The position numbers and the translations under genes are program-made. This document shows, piece after piece, positions 9,984 through 21,888 of a stretch of 64,000 bases of DNA (position 1 is its first letter; every line of letters starts with the position of its first letter). This DNA comes from Microgenomates group bacterium (GTDB lineage Bacteria > Patescibacteriota > Microgenomatia > Daviesbacterales > UBA10151), in the NCBI GenBank assembly GCA_041659805.1, contig JBAZXP010000001.1:880224-944223 (forward strand). Direction: 5' to 3'. Below the pieces are notes generated by a model, which was not told the DNA's origin, did not search any database, and was given only the letters and a program-made list of their open reading frames with translations.

Positions 9984-11192
9984 TTACTTTATGTTTGTTG
10001 TCAACTGGTAAATAGGCAGGATTATTGAAATAACCAAGAAACCAACCCCAATACCTAAAACCACCAAAACAATCGGCTCAATCAATGTAGTTACGTTTTT
10101 TAATGAGTTATCTGATTCTGACTCAAAATAATCAGCCAATTTGAACATAATTTCATCTAGTTTTCCTGTCTCTTCGCCGGTTTTAATCATCTGCCCGATA
10201 ATCCGGGGGAATTCTTTCAGCCTCAAAATCTGACTTGAAAAGGATAATCCTCTTTCAACACCCTGATAAGCAAGCTCTAAACCATCCTGATAAACACGGT
10301 TCCCGGTTATTGCTGCCACTATTTTAATTGAATCCAAAATTGATAATCCGGAAGAAACCAATAAACCAAATGTTCTGGTAAAACTTGTTAAAATAATAAG
10401 GGAAGTGATCTTACCGATAACAGGAGCCCTCAGTAAAAAAGAATCGATCCTTAAACGTCCATCAGCTGTTTGGGAATATCTTCTGAAAGAGATAATCATA
10501 ATTACTAAAACTATCAGCAAGGCCCACCAATAACCCAGCATAAAATTAGAAAAACCAATCATGATTTGTGTAGGTAACGGAAGCTCAATATTAGATTCAC
10601 TATATAAGCCCAACAGCTTAGGCATAACAAAAAATACCATTATTAACATCACACCAATCATCATGGTCATAACCACAACCGGATAAATCATTGCTCCTCG
10701 GATTTTGCCCTGAAATTCTCTTTCTTTTTCCAGATTGGTTGCCAATTGCAAAAGTATAGTATCTAATTTTCCTGATGCCTGACCGGCTGCAACTAACTGG
10801 CTATAAATTGGAGGGAAAACTTCCGGAAATTTTTGTAAAGCTGAAGCAAAATCTAAACCGCCTTTAATATCTGCCAAGATATCTGCCAAAACCTTCTTAA
10901 ACTTCTTATTTTCCTGTTGGTCCTGCAAAATATCCAAGGCCTCTGATAAAACAAGTCCTGCCTGAATCATCGTAGCCAACTGACGGGTCATAATAACAAC
11001 CGCGCTAAACGGGATTTTATTAAAGGTCTTTTCAAAAAGATTCTCTTTATTTTTATTTTTTTCTTTGATGGAAATGATAATTAATCTTTTGCGTCGGAGT
11101 AGGGTAGCAGCTTGAAATTCATCGACAGTTTCAACATCACCCTTGTGATATTCTCCGTTCATGTCTTTGGCTGTGTATGAAAATACAGGCAT
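9984..11192 (-). CDS. pilC: type IV pilus platform protein PilC (GspF family)
   Basis: 402 aa with two T2SF-like repeats and 3 TM segments. It sits between pilT and the pilin genes. Confidence 0.85.
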   Translation of the reverse strand: MPVFSYTAKDMNGEYHKGDVETVDEFQAATLLRRKRLIIISIKEKNKNKENLFEKTFNKIPFSAVVIMTRQLATMIQAGLVLSEALDILQDQQENKKFKKVLADILADIKGGLDFASALQKFPEVFPPIYSQLVAAGQASGKLDTILLQLATNLEKEREFQGKIRGAMIYPVVVMTMMIGVMLIMVFFVMPKLLGLYSESNIELPLPTQIMIGFSNFMLGYWWALLIVLVIMIISFRRYSQTADGRLRIDSFLLRAPVIGKITSLIILTSFTRTFGLLVSSGLSILDSIKIVAAITGNRVYQDGLELAYQGVERGLSFSSQILRLKEFPRIIGQMIKTGEETGKLDEIMFKLADYFESESDNSLKNVTTLIEPIVLVVLGIGVGFLVISIILPIYQLTTNIK

Positions 11193-11196
11193 AATA

Positions 11197-12249
11197 TTAC
11201 CCTAAAATTTTGGCTAACAAGTCCGGCCTTAAACTGTAAGCCTGGGCCATCTCAAAAGTTATTTTGCCTTCTCTTACCAACTTAGCAAGAGACGCCTCCA
11301 TCGAGATCATTCCCAGCTCACCGGAAGTTTGAATCAAATTATCAATCATATGAGTTTTTGCGTCACGGATCAAAGATGAAAGCGCATTGTTTTTAAGCAA
11401 CAATTCAACTGCTAAAACTCGTCCCGGGATAATTGTCGGAATCAGTCTTTGAGAAATAATTGCCTCTAAAACCGCGGCCAATTGTAACCTGATTTGGGGC
11501 TGTTGGTTTTCAGGAAAAACATCGATCATACGGTCGATTGATTGAGCCGCAGAATTGGTATGTAATGTGGCAAATACCAAATGACCTGTTTCTGCAATAG
11601 TTATTGCCGCAGCAATTGTTTCGTAATCACGCATTTCTCCCACCAACACAACATCAGGATCTTCACGAAGAGCTGCTCTTAAGGCGTTCGGCCAGGTTTT
11701 GGTATCCAGTAAAAGCTCTCTTTGAGAAACTATTGATTTGCCCTTCGGATAAACGTACTCAATCGGATCTTCTATTGTTAATATATGAGACGTGTGTTCC
11801 TTGTTAATCTGGTTAATCATAGAAGCGAGTGTTGTTGATTTACCGTGGCCGGTCGGACCGGTAACTAAAATAAAACCCTGACGGGGAATAATTAACTTTT
11901 TAGTTGCATCAGGTAAGCCCAATGTGCTCATATCCGGAATTTGTAATGGAATTAGCCTTAAGGCAGCCGCCAAATGACCCTGCTCTTTAAAAAGATTCAC
12001 CCTGAACCTGGCTTTATCTTCAAAAGACATGCCAAAATCAAGTTCCAGATTTTCATCAAAAGCCTTCTTTTGATTTACCGAAAGCAGGGGAGTTACCAAA
12101 CCGATAACATCAGAATTAGAAAGAGGAGTAGTGCCTGCAATTGGCAATAGCTCTGAATGAATGCGGAGGGATGGTGGATAACCCACCACAAGATGTAAAT
12201 CTGAAGCTTTTCTGGCAACTGCAATATCTAATAGTTGATGTATATTCAT
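11197..12249 (-). CDS. pilT: twitching-motility retraction ATPase PilT
   Basis: Walker A GPTGHGKSTT, about 350 aa, PilT-type Asp and His boxes. Confidence 0.85.
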   Translation of the reverse strand: MNIHQLLDIAVARKASDLHLVVGYPPSLRIHSELLPIAGTTPLSNSDVIGLVTPLLSVNQKKAFDENLELDFGMSFEDKARFRVNLFKEQGHLAAALRLIPLQIPDMSTLGLPDATKKLIIPRQGFILVTGPTGHGKSTTLASMINQINKEHTSHILTIEDPIEYVYPKGKSIVSQRELLLDTKTWPNALRAALREDPDVVLVGEMRDYETIAAAITIAETGHLVFATLHTNSAAQSIDRMIDVFPENQQPQIRLQLAAVLEAIISQRLIPTIIPGRVLAVELLLKNNALSSLIRDAKTHMIDNLIQTSGELGMISMEASLAKLVREGKITFEMAQAYSLRPDLLAKILG

Positions 12250-12250
12250 T

Positions 12251-13960
12251 TTATTCTTCAGCCACCCTCAGAACTTCTTCCAGGCTGGTAACTCCTTCTA
12301 ATGCCTTCATATACCCGTCTTGTTTTAAAGTTATCATACCTTCTGCTATTGATTCAGTTTCGATTGCCTGAGCAGAAGCGCGTTCCAAAATCATTTGCAT
12401 TATTTTAGAAGAAACCGTAAGAACTTCGAAGATTCCGATTCTTCCCTGATAACCCGTTCCGCCGCACTCTGCACATCCGCCACCCTTAAAAAGTAAAATC
12501 GGTTTTTCTGCAGGGTAAAGTTTACCTAAAACCTTTCTAAAACTAGCCTGAATTTCAGGCAAAGGAGTATAACTGCTTTTGCAGTGAGGACAAATTTTTC
12601 TTAAGATCCTTTGACCGACACAAGCATTAATAGACGAGGCTAAAAGAAACGGTTCCATACCCATATCTAAAAGTCGAGGCAGAGCACCAGAGGCTGTGTT
12701 TGTATGCAAAGTCGAGAAAACCTGATGACCGGTTAAGGCTGCCTGAATTGCGAGCTCGGCTGTTTCAGCATCCCGAACCTCTCCTACCAACATGATATTA
12801 GGATCCTGTCGCAAAAACGACCTCAAGGCGGATGCAAAAGTTAAACCAATTGTCGGGTTAACCTGAACTTGATTGGCTCCCGGAATCTGGTACTCAACCG
12901 GGTCCTCAACAGTCACCATATTTACTTTTGTGGTTGAAAGTCTGGTCAAAACAGAATAAAGGGTCGTGGTTTTACCGCTACCCGTAGGACCGCAGATTAA
13001 AATGATACCATGAGGTCTTAAAATTTGAACCTCAAAGTTCTTTAAAGCAATACCGCGCAACCCCAATTCCTGTAAAGTCGGAGGAATGGTTGTTTTAGGC
13101 AACAACCTCATCACGACTTTTTCGCCATAAATTGTCGGAACAGTTGAAACACGCAGATCATATATGTCTTTACCGGCACTGTAACTAAAACGTCCGTCTT
13201 GCGGCAATCTTTTCTCTTCAATCTTTAAGTTAGACAATATCTTGATTCTGGAAACAAGGGCATCGTGCACTGTTCTGGGTAAAATAATTTTTTCATGCAA
13301 AATTCCGTCAATACGATAGCGCACTCTAGTCCGGTCATCTAATGGCTCAATATGAATATCTGAAGCCCTGCTTGACACTGCAAATTGAAGAAGTTGGGTA
13401 ATAATGTTGGCCACAGGTGCTTCATGAATAACCTCAGCCTTCTCTTCTTGAGCTTCAGCTGCTTTCTCTGACTGTAGCTCTGACACCTCTTTCAATGCAG
13501 ATGTCACCTCTGAGGTTAGATTTTGAGAATACTGATCATTTATAGCTTTCGTGATATCTTCAGTAACAGCCAAATATGGTTTTACATATAGGGCAGACTT
13601 TTTCTCAATGAATTGAATAACCTGTAAGTCCAAAGGATCTGCCATAGCCACAAATAATTTATCGCCTTTTTTGTCAAAAGGAATAATGCGGTATCGCCTG
13701 GCAACCACCTCCGGAACAAAATTTAAAACTTCAGAGGAAACAGCTTTACCTTCGAGGTTAATAAAAGGAACTCCCATCAAAGTAGCTCTGGCAGCTGCCA
13801 TTTTAGCCGGAGCGACCAATTGATGTTGAGCAAGTATCTGTTCTGTTGTTTGACCGCTGTTAATTGCTTCTAATTTAATTGCAGAAAGTTGCTGTTGAGT
13901 AATAATACCCTGCTTAAATAAAACATCTTCTATACCAAATTGTTCTTGGGCAGTTGCCAT
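12251..13960 (-). CDS. pilB: type IV pilus assembly ATPase PilB (GspE family)
   Basis: GPTGSGKTTTLY Walker A, N-terminal GspE_N-like region, and a C-terminal tetracysteine CPHC...CAEC. Confidence 0.85.
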   Translation of the reverse strand: MATAQEQFGIEDVLFKQGIITQQQLSAIKLEAINSGQTTEQILAQHQLVAPAKMAAARATLMGVPFINLEGKAVSSEVLNFVPEVVARRYRIIPFDKKGDKLFVAMADPLDLQVIQFIEKKSALYVKPYLAVTEDITKAINDQYSQNLTSEVTSALKEVSELQSEKAAEAQEEKAEVIHEAPVANIITQLLQFAVSSRASDIHIEPLDDRTRVRYRIDGILHEKIILPRTVHDALVSRIKILSNLKIEEKRLPQDGRFSYSAGKDIYDLRVSTVPTIYGEKVVMRLLPKTTIPPTLQELGLRGIALKNFEVQILRPHGIILICGPTGSGKTTTLYSVLTRLSTTKVNMVTVEDPVEYQIPGANQVQVNPTIGLTFASALRSFLRQDPNIMLVGEVRDAETAELAIQAALTGHQVFSTLHTNTASGALPRLLDMGMEPFLLASSINACVGQRILRKICPHCKSSYTPLPEIQASFRKVLGKLYPAEKPILLFKGGGCAECGGTGYQGRIGIFEVLTVSSKIMQMILERASAQAIETESIAEGMITLKQDGYMKALEGVTSLEEVLRVAEE

Positions 13961-14020
13961 AATAATATATGTCCGATATTACGGACCCCTCTTTATCTAT
14001 TATTGCCTGAGTGAGTATAG

Positions 14021-14704
14021 GTGTCAATGATATATAATCTGTTCATGATTCCGAAATTAATTATCCACCCACAGATAAGTGAACGGGAACAGCATATTCA
14101 AAATTTGGTTTCTGATTTAGGGTTTAATCAAAACCATCCTGATTTATTATGGTTCGGACCCGAAGAAAAAATGGGTATGGATCAGGCTAAAAAAATCAAA
14201 AACTTTCTTAAACTTAAGCCCTATCAGGCTTCAGGACAAATGATAGTCATTGTTGCTTCTGAAAAACTGACGTCTGACGCCCAAAATGCATTACTTAAAA
14301 CCCTTGAGGAACACGCTGATGGAGTTAATTTAATTCTGGGAGCGGGCCAAGAAGATCAATTACTTGAAACTCTAATTTCCCGCTGCCAAATAATTAATTT
14401 AAATCAAAATACTAACAGAGAAAGCCCGGAAGCATTAAATAAATTATCCAAACAAATAGAAACTTTAGCAACGTCTTCCACAGAGGAACGTTTTAAATTT
14501 ATTGAAAAATTGGAGGATAAAGATTTATTTTTATTGGCATTAACTCATTATTTCAGAGATAAGCTTCCACGAGAAGAGTCTGTCTACTTTTTAAAGGACT
14601 TACTGACTGCTCAAAAATGGGCAAATCAGAATGTTAATATCAGGGCAATTTTAGAATATTTAATGCTGAAAATGCCTAAAAAAAATTTAAGGCAAAAATG
14701 TTAG
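14021..14704 (+). CDS. holB: DNA polymerase III delta-prime-like subunit (short form)
   Basis: HPDLLWFGPEE...QNALLKTLEE matches the conserved clamp-loader delta-prime motifs (ANALLKTLEEP). Only 227 aa. Confidence 0.55.
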   Translation: MSMIYNLFMIPKLIIHPQISEREQHIQNLVSDLGFNQNHPDLLWFGPEEKMGMDQAKKIKNFLKLKPYQASGQMIVIVASEKLTSDAQNALLKTLEEHADGVNLILGAGQEDQLLETLISRCQIINLNQNTNRESPEALNKLSKQIETLATSSTEERFKFIEKLEDKDLFLLALTHYFRDKLPREESVYFLKDLLTAQKWANQNVNIRAILEYLMLKMPKKNLRQKC

Positions 14705-14705
14705 A

Positions 14706-14731
14706 GTTTAGATTGTTAAAACAATCTAAAC
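14706..14731. promoter_or_regulatory. perfect 12-bp inverted repeat (gtttagattgtt-aa-aacaatctaaac) between holB-like and gyrB
   Basis: Read directly from the sequence. No T-run follows, so it is an operator-like site or a protein-dependent terminator. Confidence 0.4.
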
Positions 14732-14744
14732 CAACTACACATAT

Positions 14745-14773
14745 TTGCATAAATTTAACTAACCTGTTAATAT
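14745..14773 (+). promoter_or_regulatory. sigma70-like promoter for gyrB (TTGCAT-17-TAATAT)
   Basis: Hexamers with 17-nt spacing, 8 nt upstream of the gyrB ATG. Confidence 0.4.
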
Positions 14774-14775
14774 AA

Positions 14776-16737
<1,962 letters not shown>

Positions 16738-16745
16738 TCCCAGAA

Positions 16746-17510
16746 ATGGACAAATTTGATCCAAGTAATTTAGCCGCCATTGTGCTTGCAGGAGGCAAGG
16801 GAACCCGAATGCAGACAACTCTACCCAAAGTTTTACATCACATTGTTGATAAACCGATGATTTTTTATACACTGGAAAACATCAACAAACTGGGCTTAAA
16901 CCAAATTTATGTTGTTGTGGGCCACCAATCTGAAAAAGTAAAAGAAAAAATCTGTTCCAAATTTAATTGTGAATTTGCCTTACAGGAAAAACCAATAGGA
17001 ACAGCTGATGCAGTCAGAACAGGACTTGAAAATGTTGACGAAAATGTTGAAGAGATTATTGTAATGAATGGTGATGATTCAGCGTTTTATAAAGTTTCAA
17101 CATTGAAAAATTTTTTAGCATCGCATATCGGAAGTAAATGTCCGGTCAGTATGATGACAATTAATATCAAAAGAGAAAGAAGACTGGGAAGAATCATCAG
17201 AGACATAAAGGGTAATTTTGAAAGTATCATCGAAGCAGAAAAAGATCCTTCAAAGGGAATCACCAGTGATGAAATTAATTGCGGACTATATGTTTTTAGT
17301 AACGAATGGCTAAAGGCAAATATCAATAAAATTAAGTTGAGTGATAAAGGAGAGTATTATTTAACTGATATTTTTAACCTGGCAAAGAAAAAAGGAGACT
17401 GTATCAACCTATTCCAACTTAAAAATAAAGATGAATGGGTGGGAGTAAATACGCCTGATGAACTGATGTTAGCAAACGAAAAAATGAAGAAAAAATTAAT
17501 TAAGAAATGA
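16746..17510 (+). CDS. N-acetylglucosamine-1-phosphate uridylyltransferase domain protein (GlmU N-terminal-like; no acetyltransferase domain)
   Basis: AIVLAGGKGTRMQTTLPKVLH...GEYYLTDI matches the GlmU pyrophosphorylase domain. The TGA stop overlaps the murC ATG (ATGA). Confidence 0.7.
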   Translation: MDKFDPSNLAAIVLAGGKGTRMQTTLPKVLHHIVDKPMIFYTLENINKLGLNQIYVVVGHQSEKVKEKICSKFNCEFALQEKPIGTADAVRTGLENVDENVEEIIVMNGDDSAFYKVSTLKNFLASHIGSKCPVSMMTINIKRERRLGRIIRDIKGNFESIIEAEKDPSKGITSDEINCGLYVFSNEWLKANINKIKLSDKGEYYLTDIFNLAKKKGDCINLFQLKNKDEWVGVNTPDELMLANEKMKKKLIKK

Positions 17511-18796
17511 AAAAGGTACATTTTTTAGGGATTGGGGGGTCCGGTACTTCAGCTGTTGCTAAAATTGCAGAAGCTCAAGGGTTTAAAATAACAGGCTGTG
17601 ACCTTGATATTGATAATGAATTTACAACAGGCTTTAAAAAAGACCAGCTCTTCATAGGCCATTCTCCTAAACACCTTGAAAACATTGATATTCTAGCGAT
17701 AACTCCTGCGATTTATTCACTTAATCCTGATAATCCTGAACTTTTAGAAGCCAAGAAAAAAGGAATAGAGATTTTAACCTGGCAGGAATTTATGGGTAAA
17801 TACCTGGAAAAGGGGAAGTTCGTCATTGCTGTTTGCGGAACGCATGGAAAATCCACCACCACTGCTATGATTGGAAAAATATTGGAAGATGCCGGCCTTG
17901 ATCCGACAGTAGAGTTGGGAGCAATTGTTCCAGAGTGGGGAACTAATTACCGTGTGGGACAAAGCCAGTATTTTGTGACAGAAGCTGATGAATTTAATGA
18001 TAATTTTCTTACTTCACATCCTGATATTACAGTTGTCACAACGATAGAAATGGATCATCCTGAATATTTTAAAGATTTTGAAACTTACAAGGGATCTTTC
18101 GGTAAATTCTTAGGACAAACAAAAGAAAAAATTATTGCCAATTTATCAGATAAGGGAGTAACAGAGGTTTTAGCTTTACACACCGGGAGTCACTCCCGAT
18201 GTGTAGGCACAGTTATTAATTATTCAAAGATATTAATTGATTTTCCCTTAAAAATACCCGGGGGATTTAATATTTTAAATGCTTCAGCAGCTTTTCAGGT
18301 TGGACTAGCTTTGGGAATTGAACCAAAAATTATAAAAAAGAGTTTAGAAAAGTTTACTGGAATTGGTAGGAGATTTGAATATTTAGGAGAAACCCGGGGT
18401 GCAAAAATATATAGTGATTTTGGACATCATCCAACGGAAATAAAACTGACTTTAGAGACAGCACGAATGGAATTTCCTGAAAAAAAAATCACAATTATTT
18501 TCCAACCCCATATGTTTTCCAGAACTAAAGCCTTGTTTGATGATTTTGTAAATGTTTTGAAAAAAGCCCCTGTTGATGAAATTTTTATACTTGATATTTA
18601 TCCGTCCCGTGAAGTAGATACAGGGCTTGTCACAAGTAAACAATTGGTTGAAGCAATAAACGAAACAAATGTGATCTATATTCCTGAAAATAAAATATTA
18701 GAAAAAGTTGAATCTGAGCCTGAAAAATATGATATCTTATTTTTCCTGGGAGCAGGGAATACGCATAACTTAGCAAAAGAGCTGCTTAAAGATTAG
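17507..18796 (+). CDS. murC: UDP-N-acetylmuramate--L-alanine ligase
   Basis: VHFLGIGGSGTSAVA N-terminus and the GTHGKSTTTAMI Mur ligase P-loop. Confidence 0.85.
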   Translation: MKKVHFLGIGGSGTSAVAKIAEAQGFKITGCDLDIDNEFTTGFKKDQLFIGHSPKHLENIDILAITPAIYSLNPDNPELLEAKKKGIEILTWQEFMGKYLEKGKFVIAVCGTHGKSTTTAMIGKILEDAGLDPTVELGAIVPEWGTNYRVGQSQYFVTEADEFNDNFLTSHPDITVVTTIEMDHPEYFKDFETYKGSFGKFLGQTKEKIIANLSDKGVTEVLALHTGSHSRCVGTVINYSKILIDFPLKIPGGFNILNASAAFQVGLALGIEPKIIKKSLEKFTGIGRRFEYLGETRGAKIYSDFGHHPTEIKLTLETARMEFPEKKITIIFQPHMFSRTKALFDDFVNVLKKAPVDEIFILDIYPSREVDTGLVTSKQLVEAINETNVIYIPENKILEKVESEPEKYDILFFLGAGNTHNLAKELLKD

Positions 18797-19592
18797 TTAG
18801 AATAACTTTTTTGAGTCCTCCCGGAAGAGGATTCCCCAAAAACTGCTCAACCAAAAGCTGCACTCTATCTGGAGCATCAGTCACATAAATTTCAAGGCTA
18901 CCCTTAACTGGTTCATTATTCAATAATTCTTTTTCTTTTAAAATTGATTTTAAAGTTTCAGCTGTTGGATGAGCAGAATCAACTACTATCACATCGCTAC
19001 CTACCTCTTTTTGAATGGTGTTTAGCAAAAGAGGGTAGTGTGTACAACCTAAAATTAAAATATCTAGTGCTGCATTTTTAAATTCAGCCAAATATTCCCT
19101 GGCCAGAAGTTCTGTTGCAGGATGATCACCCAAACCCTCTTCAGCAATTGGCACAAATAAAGGACAACTTGCCGTAATAACATTAGATTCTGGATTTTTA
19201 TTTTTAATTTCTGTTTCATAAACCTTACTGCCAATTGTAGCCCTGGTTCCGATTACGCCAATCGTATTACCTTTACTTTTTCGAAGAGCATAATCAACAG
19301 TCGGATCAATCACACCTAAAACAGGTACTGGAGAAACCTCGATAATTTTATCCAAACAAACAGCAGAGATAGTATTACAAGCAACTACCAAAAACTTCAC
19401 TTTTTTGGAAAGCAAAAAATCTACCATTTCCAAGGCAAATTTTGTAATTACTTCTTTGCCTCTGGTCCCGTACGGGACACGGGCAGTATCACCTAGATAA
19501 GTAATATCTTCATGAGGCAAAGCTTTAACTATTTCTTTTACTACAGTTAAGCCGCCAATACCTGAATCAAGTACACCGATTGAACCTTGCAT
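18786..19592 (-). CDS. murI: glutamate racemase
   Basis: MQGSIGVLDSGIGGLTV...YLGDTARVPYG...GCTHYP. The start is set at the internal Met; the track ORF extends to 19670. Confidence 0.85.
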   Translation of the reverse strand: MQGSIGVLDSGIGGLTVVKEIVKALPHEDITYLGDTARVPYGTRGKEVITKFALEMVDFLLSKKVKFLVVACNTISAVCLDKIIEVSPVPVLGVIDPTVDYALRKSKGNTIGVIGTRATIGSKVYETEIKNKNPESNVITASCPLFVPIAEEGLGDHPATELLAREYLAEFKNAALDILILGCTHYPLLLNTIQKEVGSDVIVVDSAHPTAETLKSILKEKELLNNEPVKGSLEIYVTDAPDRVQLLVEQFLGNPLPGGLKKVILTNL

Positions 19593-19633
19593 AGTGTTGT
19601 TAATTTTAACAGATTTGTCTAAAATATATCCAT

Positions 19634-20992
19634 ATGACGGATTTACACACAGAAGACAACACCCAGACAAGATTCAAAGGGAAAAAAGTATTGATTTTAG
19701 GATTGGGAGTCAACCAAGGTGGAGTAGGGGCAACCAAGTTTTTCGTTAAAGCAGGGGCGCAAGTAAAAGTAACAGATATCAAAAACAAAGAAAGCTTAGC
19801 CAGCTCACTGCAAGAATTGGAAGAATTTGCAGGAATAGAATACACTCTTGGAGAACATAAATACGAAGATCTCGATTGGGCGGATCTAATTATTAAAAAC
19901 CCAGCCATTAAACCTGACAATCCATACCTGTTATATGCTATAAATCATGATAAACAAATTGAGATGGACATGGGTATTTTCCTACAACTCGTGTCTCCGG
20001 CTCAACTCATAGGGATAACCGGCACTAAAGGAAAATCAACTACTTCTACTCTAATTTACGAAATCCTGAAAAAATCTAATGATAATGTAATATTTGCAGG
20101 AAATATCGGTAAAAGCATCCTCGATACAGTCCCAATAATGAATGCTGAGAGTACAATTGTTCTGGAGTTATCTTCTTTTCAGCTGGAAGCTTTTGCCTTA
20201 CATCACATCTCACCTCATATTGCAGTCATAACAAATATTTTTCCAGACCACTTAAATTATTACAATACGATAGAAGAGTACATTGAAGCCAAAAGATTAA
20301 TTGCTAGAGAACAAGAATTAACTGATTATTTAGTTCTCCGCAAAAATGATACTATTACCAGCTCTCCTCATTTTCAAAACAATTTGGTGGGTAAAATAAT
20401 TTATTTTTCTCCTGAGGATTTACCTTCAGATATTCAACTCAAAATACCTGGAGAATACAATCTTTATAATGCTGCAGCAGCACTCGCAGTTGCAAAAATC
20501 CAAGGAATAGATGAAAAAGATGCCCTAGATACAATCAAGAACTTTAGTGGAGTAGAGTATCGGCTGCAATTGGTAAAAGAAACAAATGGTATAAAAATTT
20601 ATAATGATTCAGCCTCAACCATGCCTGAATCTGCAATTTGGGCAATTAAAAGCCTTAAAAATAGCATCATGATTTGTGGTGGAATGAATAAAAATCTGAA
20701 TTACAAGGAAATGGCAGGAGCATTAGCCTCTGACGCCAAAATGATTTATTTTATTGACGGCGATGCAACAGATGAAATAAAAAAACAGCTATCAGCCATC
20801 AGTCCTCAGTCGTCAGACAAGATAAAAGGGACGTATAGCGATTTAGAAAAACTTCTGACTGATGTAAAAGCAGTTGCAAAACCAGGAGATACTATTGTAT
20901 TTTCACCCGGCGCAACTTCTTTTAATTTCTTTCAAAATGAGTTTGACAGAGCCCGTAGATTTAACACTGCTGTTGAAAAAGTCTTTGGTTAA
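19634..20992 (+). CDS. murD: UDP-N-acetylmuramoylalanine--D-glutamate ligase
   Basis: KVLILGLGVNQGGVGATKF...GITGTKGKSTTSTLI Mur ligase motifs. Confidence 0.8.
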   Translation: MTDLHTEDNTQTRFKGKKVLILGLGVNQGGVGATKFFVKAGAQVKVTDIKNKESLASSLQELEEFAGIEYTLGEHKYEDLDWADLIIKNPAIKPDNPYLLYAINHDKQIEMDMGIFLQLVSPAQLIGITGTKGKSTTSTLIYEILKKSNDNVIFAGNIGKSILDTVPIMNAESTIVLELSSFQLEAFALHHISPHIAVITNIFPDHLNYYNTIEEYIEAKRLIAREQELTDYLVLRKNDTITSSPHFQNNLVGKIIYFSPEDLPSDIQLKIPGEYNLYNAAAALAVAKIQGIDEKDALDTIKNFSGVEYRLQLVKETNGIKIYNDSASTMPESAIWAIKSLKNSIMICGGMNKNLNYKEMAGALASDAKMIYFIDGDATDEIKKQLSAISPQSSDKIKGTYSDLEKLLTDVKAVAKPGDTIVFSPGATSFNFFQNEFDRARRFNTAVEKVFG

Positions 20993-21774
20993 TTTACAGC
21001 CCACAGCATTTCAAAAATAGCTCTTTGAGAAGCGGCTATTGGCTGGCTTTCTAAAATAACCCCAATAATATCCTTGTTATAATCCAAAATTGCTACCTTA
21101 TTATCATAAATATAAGTTTCAGGACTAAATTTATATCCTTCTGGCAAAAGCTTTGTCTGACGTAAGCATTTACCATCAGATTTGATTAAAAGTTTCCCTT
21201 CTTTATTATTAACTGCCAAAACCCTGATGGGAATATTTCGTCTTACTCTTTCTTCAATAAATTTCAGGTGTAAATTTTCATTAAAAAATAAATTTTCTGT
21301 TTCCTGATTAGTCCAAAGCAAGACCTCACCCTTTGATGATAAAATATCTTTCCAGACAGAAAGTAAACCGTTGTTGCCTTCAAAAACCTTTGCCTTTGGA
21401 CGAATTTCAGAAACTTGATACATACTTTGTAATTCAGGCAAATTTTCCTCAAGCTCTACTTCTTGTCTGCGTAAGCTGCGTTGTTTAGCTGCAACCATTC
21501 TTAAAATATCTTTTGGTTCTGCTGTAAATATTGTTTTTTTATATGATTTTAAATCCTCTTTAATAAAACCCTTATTAGTAAGAGACTCTACCATCAGGTA
21601 AGCAGTAGAACGCTCAAGCTTTGATTCTTTGATCACTTCATTAATAGAAGCAGGTCCAACTTTAAAACATGCCAAGAAAAATTTAATTTCCTTGGGTGTT
21701 AAATCCAAAGACTGAAGCGATTTAATAATTATCTTATCCATATAAGTAGGACTTATTTTACACCTATACTTCAT
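20989..21774 (-). CDS. TrmB-family-like transcriptional regulator (wHTH)
   Basis: LTPKEIKFFLACFKVGPASINEVIKESKLERSTAYLMVESLTNKGFI winged-helix region. The start may be the Met at 21741. Confidence 0.5.
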   Translation of the reverse strand: MKYRCKISPTYMDKIIIKSLQSLDLTPKEIKFFLACFKVGPASINEVIKESKLERSTAYLMVESLTNKGFIKEDLKSYKKTIFTAEPKDILRMVAAKQRSLRRQEVELEENLPELQSMYQVSEIRPKAKVFEGNNGLLSVWKDILSSKGEVLLWTNQETENLFFNENLHLKFIEERVRRNIPIRVLAVNNKEGKLLIKSDGKCLRQTKLLPEGYKFSPETYIYDNKVAILDYNKDIIGVILESQPIAASQRAIFEMLWAVN

Positions 21775-21888
21775 TGATGTCCAATGTTTTTGGACAACTT
21801 GTCTTTTAGGTTCAATTTAAAGCTAATAAAAAATATCAAATCCAGTGATTCTTGTGAACCATAGTTATTCAACGTAGAATAACTATCT

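Noticed and set aside
19593-19670. N-terminal 26-aa extension of murI (MSGCCLLCVNPSYGYILDKSVKINNT)
   Set aside because: MurI homology starts at MQGSIGVLDSGIGG, the extension is Cys-rich junk, and it would overlap the murD start.
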